The notes under the pieces: model-generated
The model's input: the letters and a program-made list of their open reading frames with translations, nothing else
What the model was told of the DNA's origin: nothing
Databases searched by the model: none
Program-made: the position numbers and the translations under genes
In this document: one piece after another, positions 31,451-41,709 of the stretch
Numbering within the stretch: position 1 is the first letter of the stretch
Layout of the letters: each line of letters opens with the position of its first letter
NCBI GenBank assembly: GCA_963555755.3
Contig: OY820905.2
Location: 1,824,001 to 1,888,000, forward strand
Origin: Nitrospirales bacterium
GTDB taxonomy: Bacteria; Nitrospirota; Nitrospiria; Nitrospirales; UBA8639
Direction of reading: 5' to 3'
Length of the DNA stretch: 64,000 bases

Positions 31451-32689
31451 TTATTTTTTGGCCTTCAGCTTCACGTTTTCCTTAAATCGAGTAATTTGCA
31501 CAGGCTTGAAGGCCCGATCTTTTCTCCCTAAAGAAGCGCGTTGTTCGACTTCTTTGATAAATGCTTCGGGCCCATGAATAGGCGCATAGGTCATGGTCAC
31601 GATGACATCCATGGATGGCGCGTCTTTGGGCGTGGGGAAGGTAAAGATTTCAACCCGTTTTTCCTCAGGCTTCAGAACGTTTTCCTCCAATACCTTAACG
31701 GCTTCAAAATCAAAGATCGTGGCTTTTCCGTTTTTGTCACCAAACACGCGTTCGTAGTATCGCTGTTCATTGAACGTTTTTCGCAAATTTTTACCGAGGA
31801 TCGTCAAGTCGATTACAACCCGAGACCATCCAGGATGCGGCAAGGGCAGGTTGTGGGGCACCAAACTTTGAATGGTGACCGTGACTTCCGATTCCATCCC
31901 TTTGACTTCGGTCACGACGTCCAGCTTCACCGCATCGGCTCGAACTTTTCCGAATCGCCCAGGGAAACTATGGTTGGCGATTTTTCGATTCCGTTCTCCG
32001 TTCGCGGATTCACCAAACTCCTCCGGCATGTGACACGACTGGCAATTTTTTCCACTCTTTTGCGTCTTGGATTCCTGCCAGGGTCCCAGCAAATCAGGAA
32101 GTTTTTCAAAGCCAGGCAGATTTTCATGACAGGTCACACAAAACTGGGATTGGCTATACAGCGATAGAGGAACGGATTGATGCGCTAAATTTTCTTCTGG
32201 CTTTTTATAGCTCCCGAAGACAGTTCGTTCTAATTGGTATGTAGGATGCGGGGGATGCTGGGTCGGATCTACCGATTTAATCAAATGGCACTGAGAACAC
32301 CCGACCCCATCCAACTGCGGATCACCTGATTCGACTTCTTTGATATACACTCCCGTGTGGTCAGGGTATTCTATGGTACTCGGGGCATGGCATCGGAAAC
32401 ACATGGCACCTTCTTTGTCTTGTGTGGTTGCCCGATAGTGTTCCAACGACACGCGAAAAGGGGAACTCAAAATCGATCGGGATTGTGCCGATGCTTCCCA
32501 TTCCTCAAACACGCGCAAGTGGCACCGTTTGCATTTCTGTGAGTGGGGATACGCCTTTTCCAGAGGTTTAGCTGGAGCCTTCCCCGCCGCCAACGTTTCG
32601 GAGGCAGGAAGGTCGATGGTGACCACTAACAAGGCCGTGACCAAAAACAAGCCTGTCACCCAACAGAGTGCATGGAGAATTTTTCGCAT
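31451..32689 (-). CDS. Pentaheme c-type cytochrome
   Basis: Signal peptide and five CxxCH motifs: CKRCH, CFRCH, CSQCH, CVTCH, CQSCH. Confidence 0.92.
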   Translation of the reverse strand: MRKILHALCWVTGLFLVTALLVVTIDLPASETLAAGKAPAKPLEKAYPHSQKCKRCHLRVFEEWEASAQSRSILSSPFRVSLEHYRATTQDKEGAMCFRCHAPSTIEYPDHTGVYIKEVESGDPQLDGVGCSQCHLIKSVDPTQHPPHPTYQLERTVFGSYKKPEENLAHQSVPLSLYSQSQFCVTCHENLPGFEKLPDLLGPWQESKTQKSGKNCQSCHMPEEFGESANGERNRKIANHSFPGRFGKVRADAVKLDVVTEVKGMESEVTVTIQSLVPHNLPLPHPGWSRVVIDLTILGKNLRKTFNEQRYYERVFGDKNGKATIFDFEAVKVLEENVLKPEEKRVEIFTFPTPKDAPSMDVIVTMTYAPIHGPEAFIKEVEQRASLGRKDRAFKPVQITRFKENVKLKAKK

Positions 32690-32746
32690 GAAGCGGACCT
32701 TAATTCATCGTGTTATGTATGGAAAATGGTTTGGGCTTGGCTATTA

Positions 32747-33048
32747 GGGTTCGCGCAAGAATAACTTCAGGGCACCTCTAAAAACCGTCCTTTTCCGTGA
32801 TGGCGGCGTCAGCCGCGTGCTCAACTCCTCATGTATTCGCCCATACACTCCGGTTTTCCGCGCGCGGCTTCCTTGCCCTCACAAAAAATGCCTGGTTTTT
32901 AGAGGTGCCCTTCCTCTGTTTGGGCGTCGATCCATCCCGTCTGGCGGCGTTGCTCGTCCTTTCCATACGAGGAGTATGCGCAGTCCTCGCGCCTTGCCAG
33001 ACAGGCGTCTCAGCACCCCAACAGAGGAAGTTATTCTTGCGCGAACCC
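32747..33048. mobile_element. Family B MITE carrying a nested family C MITE (32770-32910)
   Basis: B-type TIR at both ends; the C element interrupts the left TIR with flanks TTCA/TTCC. Confidence 0.92.
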
Positions 33049-34401
33049 TAAGGACTTTGTCCGAAATGTTAAAAGTCGCTGTGAGGAATAATCCGAAACA
33101 ATCTGTTTGGCTTGTTCCTTTTCCCGTTCAGTTCCCAATGTCGCCAGATATCGATCAAGCAAATCCCGCCCAGGCTCAGGGATGAGCGCATAACTGAGAA
33201 CCGCTTCGACATAGCTGGGAGTCTGACCCTGTTTTACAGGAATTGAAAAAGGAACCCGGCGAGTAGTCCCGCCGCTGACCAGAGGATTTGGGATGGGACC
33301 TCGAAGTAACTTGTCAAAGGATAATCCAAAACGCTCTTGTGTTGTTCCCAATATATGTCCTTCGGCATTCTTGACGGTGACCGTCACAAAAAACTGTTTC
33401 AGCACAGGGTCTCCGCCCGGAAACATGTGCGGCAGGCTTCCATTTCGCACAAGCACTTTTCCCTCGACACGTCCACTGTTTTTTTGTATCTCAAGGTCAA
33501 CCCGAGGGAACCATTCCGCTTGCAAATTCCGATTGCTGAGCATGATCCCCGGAATCACAATCCCTTGAAACCAATGTCGCCCAATGGGCCGTGTCAAAGA
33601 GCCACGCTTTGAGGTGGAACTGCCCGTGGACTGTTCCATGTGGCAATCCTGACAAACCGTCCCTTTCAAAATTTGTCCTGGCAATTGGGCCTTGGTCACA
33701 TCTTTGACTTTACTAAAGTGGCAGGAGGCACAAAATTGAGCACCCTGATACACGTCAGCCTGTTTGGAAGGATGCACGAGGTTGTCTTTAGCATCTGTAT
33801 AGGGACCGAACAAGGTTTTTCCGACATGAATCTTAAAGGCCGGGAAGTCGGTAGGATTTTCTTTGACCGAATCAATCAGATGACAGGAAGAACAACTAAT
33901 CCCCTCGACACGGGCTTTTTTCGCGGCTCGTCTTCCTCGTCTTTTGGGCTGTTCCGACAGGACTTGAGCAATGATGTTTTTAGTATATTGAGGAAACACC
34001 GTTACCGCAGGAGCGTGGCATGCCAAGCACCGTGTTTGTTCTTCGACGGTCGGATTGGTTTGTAACCACAAACCAAGGACGGTTTTAAACACGGGAGAGG
34101 TGAGCGCGGTCCCATGCAACAACGCTCCATCCACGCGACCAAACGTTTTGAGGTCAGGGGTTTGCTCGCGCATCCCCTTCCATTCCTCGTAATGGCGATC
34201 ATGACATTGTTTGCAATGCTCTGACGGGAGAAAAACTTTTTCAATTTCTTCAATCCATGTGGGGCTGTCAGGGGCATTGGTATTATCCTGCGCCCTCACA
34301 GATGAAAGGGGGAACCAAAGGGCGACAATCAGAAAACCCAGGCCCCATTTGGGAAAGCTCAATGGAAATCCTCGAGCGTCAGATTTTCGAAAAGATGGCA
34401 T
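33031..34401 (-). CDS. Pentaheme c-type cytochrome
   Basis: Signal peptide and CKQCH, CLACH, CSSCH, CASCH, CQDCH. The last codons (GFAQE*) lie in the MITE TIR. Confidence 0.92.
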   Translation of the reverse strand: MPSFRKSDARGFPLSFPKWGLGFLIVALWFPLSSVRAQDNTNAPDSPTWIEEIEKVFLPSEHCKQCHDRHYEEWKGMREQTPDLKTFGRVDGALLHGTALTSPVFKTVLGLWLQTNPTVEEQTRCLACHAPAVTVFPQYTKNIIAQVLSEQPKRRGRRAAKKARVEGISCSSCHLIDSVKENPTDFPAFKIHVGKTLFGPYTDAKDNLVHPSKQADVYQGAQFCASCHFSKVKDVTKAQLPGQILKGTVCQDCHMEQSTGSSTSKRGSLTRPIGRHWFQGIVIPGIMLSNRNLQAEWFPRVDLEIQKNSGRVEGKVLVRNGSLPHMFPGGDPVLKQFFVTVTVKNAEGHILGTTQERFGLSFDKLLRGPIPNPLVSGGTTRRVPFSIPVKQGQTPSYVEAVLSYALIPEPGRDLLDRYLATLGTEREKEQAKQIVSDYSSQRLLTFRTKSLGFAQE

Positions 34402-34408
34402 GCCCCCG

Positions 34409-34936
34409 CTAATCCTTTAGAACACGAACCATGTGGAAGTTCAATCCACCACTAATTCCCTGATCATCAACCCCAGCCGGTTCATAGGTGGCAACAGAGA
34501 AATTTTGGGTTGGCAAGGCTTGTTCTAACGCTCGCCCCAAGTCCAATAAATTCCTGACTTCTTTCCCATCGACTTCTTTGATAATGGCTTTGGTCCTAAT
34601 CCCCGCAAGGTCGGCCGGTGTGCTGCCGATCACCGCAAAGACCACCACACCTTCAGCCGTTGCCAATCCTAGAAACTCCTTGATCTCTTCATCAACCTCG
34701 CCGACATCCACACCAAACTCTTCGGCTAACTCGAAGGCCCGCTCTTCCGTCATTTCCTCAGTAGCTCCGAAGGACTGATGGGGAAAGGCCAGAGATCCAA
34801 TCATCAAGACACACAGGACAAATGATGGCAGTGTATGGAAACCGGGGAACCGTTGAGTAGGTGATGTCAGAAAAGCCGTTTTCATGAGTTCGTTATTGTG
34901 ATGAAGTTTCAGTAGATGAGTGATCTGTTCATTCAT
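34409..34936 (-). CDS. PDZ-domain periplasmic protein
   Basis: GVVVFAVIGSTPADLAGIRTKAIIKEVDGKEV PDZ signature after a signal/TM segment; start uncertain. Confidence 0.8.
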   Translation of the reverse strand: MNEQITHLLKLHHNNELMKTAFLTSPTQRFPGFHTLPSFVLCVLMIGSLAFPHQSFGATEEMTEERAFELAEEFGVDVGEVDEEIKEFLGLATAEGVVVFAVIGSTPADLAGIRTKAIIKEVDGKEVRNLLDLGRALEQALPTQNFSVATYEPAGVDDQGISGGLNFHMVRVLKD

Positions 34937-34940
34937 TGTA

Positions 34941-35837
34941 TCATGATTTCTGTGAGGTAATCGGTCCGCCCAGGGGATCGACCAGTAATTGAAGCCAAGA
35001 GGCCACAGCCTTTTGGCCATTGCGTTCATTATTTTCGCCATTCCACACGGCAAATCCTACGGCTTGCATTCGACCAGGGATGAGCGTAGCTTCGTTTTCG
35101 TCTCCGCCGCCTGGTTTGGTCAATGGACGCTTCATGACCACTCGCCAAAACCCATTTTTCCATTCAGCCTGTCCTTTAATTTTCCCTTGACGCGCCTTAC
35201 TCGTGAGAGTACTAAACCCTCCCCCGATCAGATCTTCGACAGAAGATGGCCGTCGGGGAATCACTTCAAACCGTCGAATACCTCGTTTCCTTCGTTTCTT
35301 TTCCTTGGCCCGTGCAGCTCGACGATCCACGTCACTTTGCCAATCGGCCTTCCAATGCCAAATATTGACGTAGTGATCGAGTTGTCCCATACAGAAAAAG
35401 GCAGGTGCATCGCCTAACGGAAGCGCCACAGCTGCTCCATCACGAAAGACACCGGGGGTTAATTTCTCATTTTTGGTAGCATCCTGCCACTCGATTAAAA
35501 ACGAGATGTCTTTTCCATTATGCATAGATCGGACGGAAACCACTTTGGCGCTTGGCTCAGGCCAGACAGGCCGCGTGATAATTTGTCCACTGAGCGGAAT
35601 CGGAATTGGGGCTAGTGTTTCCCAGGCCTGATCGGAGGGATAGGAAGGAATAACTCCTTCACGGAAATGGGAACGGATGAAAATGCCTTGGCTACTGACG
35701 ACCGGGATCTCAAACCAGCCTAACACCATGGCGGTGAGGACAATTCCCAGCCCCGTCGCAATCAGAGAGCGTGTCCAATGTCGTCGTGACTTCACGCCAT
35801 ACCTTTCCGGTAAGGGCATTAGGTGGGAACGCCCCAT
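34941..35837 (-). CDS. DMSO-reductase type II heme-b subunit (EbdC/EB_dh family; NxrC-like candidate)
   Basis: One N-terminal TM; WQDAT, FRDGAAV, CMGQ, VNIWHWKA, WRVVMKRPL, FAVWNG..ERNGQK. Confidence 0.88.
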   Translation of the reverse strand: MGRSHLMPLPERYGVKSRRHWTRSLIATGLGIVLTAMVLGWFEIPVVSSQGIFIRSHFREGVIPSYPSDQAWETLAPIPIPLSGQIITRPVWPEPSAKVVSVRSMHNGKDISFLIEWQDATKNEKLTPGVFRDGAAVALPLGDAPAFFCMGQLDHYVNIWHWKADWQSDVDRRAARAKEKKRRKRGIRRFEVIPRRPSSVEDLIGGGFSTLTSKARQGKIKGQAEWKNGFWRVVMKRPLTKPGGGDENEATLIPGRMQAVGFAVWNGENNERNGQKAVASWLQLLVDPLGGPITSQKS

Positions 35838-35891
35838 TTCTGAACGTGACCGATGAAGGAGTAGGGATGTTAGGAGACTGATGACGATATC

Positions 35892-37154
35892 TTACCAGAG
35901 TTTGACTCGACGAATCTTATTTTCATTCCGTTCACAGATATACAGATAGCCTTGTGGGTCAAGCGCTAACCCGGACGGGGAAAACACGACCGCATCAATG
36001 GCCATGCTCCCATCCCCATGTTTCACCATTCCGGTTTCTTCTTTGGCGACAAATCGCGCGGCTCCACACCCACCCATATTTTTGTCATCATAGCCGCTAT
36101 CCCCATTGCCGGCTATTGTTGTTATCATACCGGTAGTGGGGTCAACTTTGCGAACACGATGATTCATGGAATCGGCGATATAGACATTTCCCTCATGATC
36201 CACAATGGCTGCTTCAGGAACGTTCAGCATCGACTTCACACCGAGTTTATCATCTCCATCATAGCCAAATCGGCATACGCCCGCGACCGTGGAGATTATT
36301 CCGGTCTTCATATTCACTTTTCGAATCCGATTGCTGGCCTTATCCGTGAGATAGAGGTCACCCTGCTCATCGACAGAAATCGACACGATGTCCCACAGTT
36401 TTGCTTCCAAGGCAGGTTGTCCATCATCGAGGTAGGGGGTCAAGTCCAAATTGTCTGAACATTGGGGCCGAAGCCACCCTTGGTCATCACTAAAATCAAT
36501 CCCGATGGCATCTCCAGATAACACCACGAGATTCTGAGCAGTCAATGGGCTAATCCAGTCTTCGTCTACCCCGGTCCAGGTACCCGCTACCGTGGTGACC
36601 ATCTCTGTTTTGGGGTCGTACTTGCGAATTCGGTGGGCTTGCGTATCGGCAATGTACAAATTATCATCCTGATCAAAAGCAATGAATCCGGGATAGGTCA
36701 AATTCACCTCTAAGGCTGGGCCATCACCGTTAAACCCTGAGGGACCTGCGCCGACTACCGTCGTGATGATATCCGTTTTGTGATCCACTTTCCGAATACG
36801 ATTGCTTCCTGAATCACAGATAAACAGATCATTGTGTGAGTCCACCGCGATACTCAGAGGAAGGTAGAGTCCGGCTTCACCACACGGTCCATAGTCGCCG
36901 CAGTACAAGGTTTCGCCAATGCCGGCATAGTTGTGAATCCGACCGGTTTCCAAATCCACACGGCGGATACGATCCGATCCGTTTTCCGCGATATACATCC
37001 AGCGCCCCTCTTTATCCAAACAAATATGATTCGGCAGAGGGATCCCCGCTTTGACGGCTCGTTTGCCATCTCCGGTGCTTCGAGATTTCCCATTTCCGGC
37101 AAACGTTTCAATTTTTCCAAGGGTTGATTCGACTGATTCTACACTGGTTTCCAT
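35892..37154 (-). CDS. NHL-repeat beta-propeller protein
   Basis: Repeated P..IA.D..G.LYIAD..N.RIRKVD..TG.ITTVAG; GAGGAG RBS before ATG 37154. Confidence 0.9.
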   Translation of the reverse strand: METSVESVESTLGKIETFAGNGKSRSTGDGKRAVKAGIPLPNHICLDKEGRWMYIAENGSDRIRRVDLETGRIHNYAGIGETLYCGDYGPCGEAGLYLPLSIAVDSHNDLFICDSGSNRIRKVDHKTDIITTVVGAGPSGFNGDGPALEVNLTYPGFIAFDQDDNLYIADTQAHRIRKYDPKTEMVTTVAGTWTGVDEDWISPLTAQNLVVLSGDAIGIDFSDDQGWLRPQCSDNLDLTPYLDDGQPALEAKLWDIVSISVDEQGDLYLTDKASNRIRKVNMKTGIISTVAGVCRFGYDGDDKLGVKSMLNVPEAAIVDHEGNVYIADSMNHRVRKVDPTTGMITTIAGNGDSGYDDKNMGGCGAARFVAKEETGMVKHGDGSMAIDAVVFSPSGLALDPQGYLYICERNENKIRRVKLW

Positions 37155-37355
37155 TCCATACTCCTCTTGAGAGATTGTTGAAAGGTCTGGCCAAATTGTC
37201 TCCCATAGGCCAAAATTGAATCCCCCATGCCCCTCTCCTTCGTCGAAATTGTGACAAAGCCAGAACAGAACATGGGTTTGAACCGAAAACCTTTGCGCAC
37301 CTTCTACCAACCCTGATCGTACGCCACGCTCATACCGCTAACCGATATGAGTGCT

Positions 37356-37694
37356 TTACACCTTGGAGGTTTGGACCGGTTCAGGCTGAGCCACTTGTGC
37401 TGGGGGAACCGAGGCCATCGGATCCGACTGTGATGCGGGGGCCACTTGTAAAGAAATCTGACTCGGGTCCTGTGCCGGCTGCTCTGTCGCCATGGCTGGT
37501 TGAGCCTGATTTTTTTCCTCAGCAAGCACCTGGGCTTCCGCTTCAATCTCATTGGCTTCATGAACCGATTTCTTAAAACCTCTGATCGCTTTTCCCACGC
37601 CCTCACCCAATTGGGGCAACTTGCCTGCTCCAAATATGATCAGGACAATAACCAGAATCAACACCAGTTCTGTAATTCCTAAACTCCCAAACAT
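37356..37694 (-). CDS. tatA: Twin-arginine translocase TatA/TatE subunit
   Basis: [40 protein letters not shown]. Confidence 0.95.
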   Translation of the reverse strand: MFGSLGITELVLILVIVLIIFGAGKLPQLGEGVGKAIRGFKKSVHEANEIEAEAQVLAEEKNQAQPAMATEQPAQDPSQISLQVAPASQSDPMASVPPAQVAQPEPVQTSKV

Positions 37695-37722
37695 GATATA
37701 GGTCTCCTTTTGAGGCTAAAAA

Positions 37723-38541
37723 CTAACCTGGACTTTTCTCTTTTGACCGTTTCGCAAACCGCTGTTTCAATCGCTGGCGAGCCTCCTCCGCCTGGTCAAA
37801 CATTTTACACTTTTCATACGTATTGATGAGATTGTAATACGCCAAGGGTTCGTCCGGGCTATGATCCACAGCGTCTTCCATAATCTTCACGGCCATATCG
37901 CTCTTTTTCAGCGTAAAGGAAATGTCCATTAATTTGAAACTGGACTCTAAATGCGCGGGATCGAATTCCAACACCTTCATGTAGGCTTGGACAGCCATAT
38001 CCAGCGTATTAAAGTCGGAGACCTGCGGATTATCCAATTGTTCATACACCCCTGCCAGATTATACCAGGCAATCGGATCCTCTGGAGTAATTTCAATTAA
38101 TCGCTCAAAGTAATCCTTGGCCAGCATATACTCTTTTTTCTCACTTTGCAGTCTTCCCAAATTGAACAACGACAACACATCATGGTTATTCAACTCTAAG
38201 GCTCGTTCAAACTGAGGACGTGCATCATCCATCATGCCCTTCGTCCCGTAAATTGTACCAAGGTTGGAGTAATACATGGCGAGTGACCGATCCATTTCGA
38301 CCCTCAATCCCTCGGCCATTTCAATGGCTTTTTTGACCTCGGTCAGCGCTTCATCCATCCGACCTTTGCCAAAATATAATTCTCCGAGCCGACATCGAGC
38401 CTGAAAGTCATCCGGCTCTTCACTTAACAGCTTCTCCAGCTCTATGATTTCCTGATCTGGTGTCAGTTGTTCCTCTTGTGCGGGAGGATTTTCTGACACA
38501 GTGCTTTCCGTTTCGGCTGCGACTTCTTGTTGTTGTTCCAT
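37723..38541 (-). CDS. Tetratricopeptide-repeat protein
   Basis: Several TPR units (ARCRLGELY, YYSNLGTIY, FNLGRL, AWYNLAGVY). Confidence 0.9.
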   Translation of the reverse strand: MEQQQEVAAETESTVSENPPAQEEQLTPDQEIIELEKLLSEEPDDFQARCRLGELYFGKGRMDEALTEVKKAIEMAEGLRVEMDRSLAMYYSNLGTIYGTKGMMDDARPQFERALELNNHDVLSLFNLGRLQSEKKEYMLAKDYFERLIEITPEDPIAWYNLAGVYEQLDNPQVSDFNTLDMAVQAYMKVLEFDPAHLESSFKLMDISFTLKKSDMAVKIMEDAVDHSPDEPLAYYNLINTYEKCKMFDQAEEARQRLKQRFAKRSKEKSPG

Positions 38542-38558
38542 TGTTTCCACGCGTCCTC

Positions 38559-39683
38559 TCAACGTATTCCGCCCAACACAGGGGTACCCGGGGAATACAC
38601 CACAGGTTCTCCGATTTTGTTTCTCAACTTCCCTAACGTTCCACGCTTATCAATCGTCATGAGGATCAGCCCCACGACCACCATCATTGTTAAATGTGAT
38701 AATTGAAGAGCATACCCAGCCATAAACATTAACCCAAGACCATACCCTGCCAGCCGTCCAATCAGCACTAATTTTATCACGGTGTAGGCCCAACAGGTAA
38801 AGCCCGCTAGATACAACGCAAATGGCAAATAAAAGGTGTAGCCCATTCCCATTTGGAACACCCAACCAAGTCCCTGTCCTGCTTTTCTCGCATCCTCGGC
38901 AAGTGCCGGGTTATACAGCGACAAGAAAAAGTCAATATACAGCATCGTAAAAAAGGTGATGCCTCCACTGGCGAGAAGAGTCAGGGCCCACTTCCGTTGG
39001 GTTTTATTCTTTGTAAAGAGTGAGGTACTCCCATATGACCAGAAGACGAGAATACTGGCCAACACCATAAACGCTTCCCCTCCTCGACTGATTTCATGAA
39101 CGAGCGGTGGGGCATCGAGTATTCCGAGGAGTCCATACGAAGTCGTGACCGTTTGATAATAGATCCACCCAAAAATCCCAAGTACAAAGCACCCAACCGT
39201 GATACGTTGGCTCCACAAACGATGGGACACAAAAAATTCGGCCATGAGGATTAATAAAATCGCCAACGAGACGATGTTATAAATAACAGATCCCAACATG
39301 GCTGGGGGAAACACCAAAAAGACGATGGTGATGACAATGAGGAGGGATACGGATGGCACTAACAGGCGATCAAAGCTCCCAGTCCAAATCGATGGTTTGA
39401 ACTTTTCAATCAGCAAAATAAATAACACTAAAAAGAGCAAAATTGAGGTGACATTGAGCAGGACGAAACCTAGGGAAGAGAGGGTTTTAAACGTCAGGCG
39501 AATGGCTTCAGACTTTTCAGCCAGCTTGGCCATATGCATACCCATCCGTGACGCCAACCGGTAGAGCACCAACTCTAAAAACGCGGAGATCAGAAGAAAC
39601 TTTAAGGCATACTCAAAGAGCAAACTCGGATTTCCCGACCGACCAGAATCTTTTGCTGGTGTCGCCACTCCCATGACATCCAT
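38559..39683 (-). CDS. Polytopic membrane protein, unknown function
   Basis: About 9-10 hydrophobic helices; overlaps or abuts its neighbours as in an operon. Confidence 0.8.
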   Translation of the reverse strand: MDVMGVATPAKDSGRSGNPSLLFEYALKFLLISAFLELVLYRLASRMGMHMAKLAEKSEAIRLTFKTLSSLGFVLLNVTSILLFLVLFILLIEKFKPSIWTGSFDRLLVPSVSLLIVITIVFLVFPPAMLGSVIYNIVSLAILLILMAEFFVSHRLWSQRITVGCFVLGIFGWIYYQTVTTSYGLLGILDAPPLVHEISRGGEAFMVLASILVFWSYGSTSLFTKNKTQRKWALTLLASGGITFFTMLYIDFFLSLYNPALAEDARKAGQGLGWVFQMGMGYTFYLPFALYLAGFTCWAYTVIKLVLIGRLAGYGLGLMFMAGYALQLSHLTMMVVVGLILMTIDKRGTLGKLRNKIGEPVVYSPGTPVLGGIR

Positions 39684-39752
39684 GAAACGCTCACACTCTC
39701 TTTCGTGTTAAGACCCTACCAAGGCATTTCACTTTTCCATTCACACGCAGCC

Positions 39753-41537
39753 TCATGAAACCGTGGAAAACTCCGCGGCATGTTGTTTTTTATGTCGCGC
39801 AATATAGAGAAGCCCATCGGCCATCGAATAATTAAACGGCAACTCAACCACTACTTCACTAATTTTTCCATAGATATATTGGTACAACTTTTCTGCCTCT
39901 TCCGGAGTCATTCCTTCCTTCACTTCATAGAAAAACCCAAGACTTAAATCTTCTGCAGCAGGGCGCATGATTCGCTGAACCCCATAGCCTCCGGGGTCGC
40001 TCATAATTGGGGCTTCCTTTTCGAGGTCGAACAAACAGGGCTGACAAGAAAAGCCATAGGAGGAATTCAACTTGGTCGTATCCACAATAAAATTCATGGT
40101 CTCCAACGCTTCTTCCTCGGTTTCGGTTGGGAAACCGACGATGACATAACAATGCACGGCGATGCCCAGATCAACACAATCGAAACAAATCCGGTCTACG
40201 CTCTCCTGTTTTATGCCCTTCTGCATAAAGTCCATCATGCGCTTGTTATAGGTTTCTAACCCAAAGACGATCTTATGACACCCGGCATCTCGCAATTGGG
40301 TGAGTAAATCGTGTGAAAGGTTTTTCTCAAATCGAAATTCCGCTGTCCATTGGATATCAAACTCACGATTGATGATTTCTTTACACAGCCGGCGAGCAGG
40401 GGATAAGGCTAGGCATTCGTCCGTAAAAAAGAAAAATGGCGTATCATATTTTTTTGAAAGGTGTTGTAATTCATCAACGACTTTCGCCGGATCTTTTTGC
40501 CGAAAATTTTGATGATCAAGCGTCAGCGCACAGAACGCGCAATCTTTGTAATAACAGCCTCGAGAAAATTGAACCGGCAGGACCGTTGTGGGCGCAAGAT
40601 AGCGATCCAGAGGAAATCCATCGTAATTAGGGGCAGGATGCTGGGATAAATTTTCAGAATAAAATGGTTGATTGACAATAACTTTTCCATCTTGTCGATA
40701 AATCAAATTAGGCACTTTGGCAAAATTCTTGTGCCCATCTAATTGATTCACGAGTTCAAGAAGCGCGGTTTCCCCTTCAAAGACAATGAAGTCATCCATG
40801 AGCTGAAACAACCGTTCACATTTGCGTAAATTGTCTACAAGACGGGTAAAAATGCTGCCCCCGATGGTTATATGAATATCAGGATTCGCTTCCTTAATGA
40901 GCCGACTCAGGGTGAGACCTGGAATGATTTGGGAAGTGGCTGTAATGGAAATACCAATAAGGTCAGGTTGCTCCCCGATAATAGATTGCAAAAAATATTG
41001 CCGATAGAGTTCGATATAGGGATTCTGTCCTTCGTCTTTTACCGCTTTTAAAATATCTCTGGAGGAATAAATGGAGTAGCTGAGTTGGTTGTCGACCACG
41101 GTCAATCTGGTCGGGAAGTAAATTGCTGACACCACCTCCAACCAACGATCAATCAGAAAGAGACATTCACGATATCGATCGATATCGTAAAAATCTTCAC
41201 TTCTGAGAGAAGCTTTGGCGGGTTCAATAGCATCGATCAAATGGGGAAAGCGGTCTAGGGCTTCAACAATTCTCCCATAATGCTCATCGCTCCCATGCCC
41301 GAATTCACCATCTCGTGACTGTTCGAGTTGCTTCAGTTTTTCCACTAAACGTTCATACACATCCAACCCATACGTTCGGGAAAGAATGGTATCGAGCATT
41401 TCAATATTTAAATCACGTTGGCTATTATCCTTAATCCCAGCTTGATCAAGGAAAGCGGTCAAACAGGGAAGGCTTAAATACGGTTGGGAGGGATGCCAAC
41501 TTGGTGGAAATAACAGAGACACTTTCACAGGCGTCAC
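39753..41537 (-). CDS. B12-binding radical SAM protein (class B methyltransferase-like)
   Basis: LLFPPSW..QPYLSLP, DLIGISIT, IGGS, FEGE, SRGCYYKDCAFC, FGLE, IVGFPTET. Confidence 0.9.
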   Translation of the reverse strand: MTPVKVSLLFPPSWHPSQPYLSLPCLTAFLDQAGIKDNSQRDLNIEMLDTILSRTYGLDVYERLVEKLKQLEQSRDGEFGHGSDEHYGRIVEALDRFPHLIDAIEPAKASLRSEDFYDIDRYRECLFLIDRWLEVVSAIYFPTRLTVVDNQLSYSIYSSRDILKAVKDEGQNPYIELYRQYFLQSIIGEQPDLIGISITATSQIIPGLTLSRLIKEANPDIHITIGGSIFTRLVDNLRKCERLFQLMDDFIVFEGETALLELVNQLDGHKNFAKVPNLIYRQDGKVIVNQPFYSENLSQHPAPNYDGFPLDRYLAPTTVLPVQFSRGCYYKDCAFCALTLDHQNFRQKDPAKVVDELQHLSKKYDTPFFFFTDECLALSPARRLCKEIINREFDIQWTAEFRFEKNLSHDLLTQLRDAGCHKIVFGLETYNKRMMDFMQKGIKQESVDRICFDCVDLGIAVHCYVIVGFPTETEEEALETMNFIVDTTKLNSSYGFSCQPCLFDLEKEAPIMSDPGGYGVQRIMRPAAEDLSLGFFYEVKEGMTPEEAEKLYQYIYGKISEVVVELPFNYSMADGLLYIARHKKQHAAEFSTVS

Positions 41538-41709
41538 CTTTAAATTATGTTGAGCGGTCCTTAAAAATTTTCCCGGTTATTTTCGACTATTGCACTTTGC
41601 CAAAAACGGGAAAAAACTTTCCAAATCAAAGAAAAAGATTAGCCTTAACCTTCTTAATCCTTATACACGGCCACAGGTTTCCCACGCAACTTTCAACCCC
41701 AAAACACGT

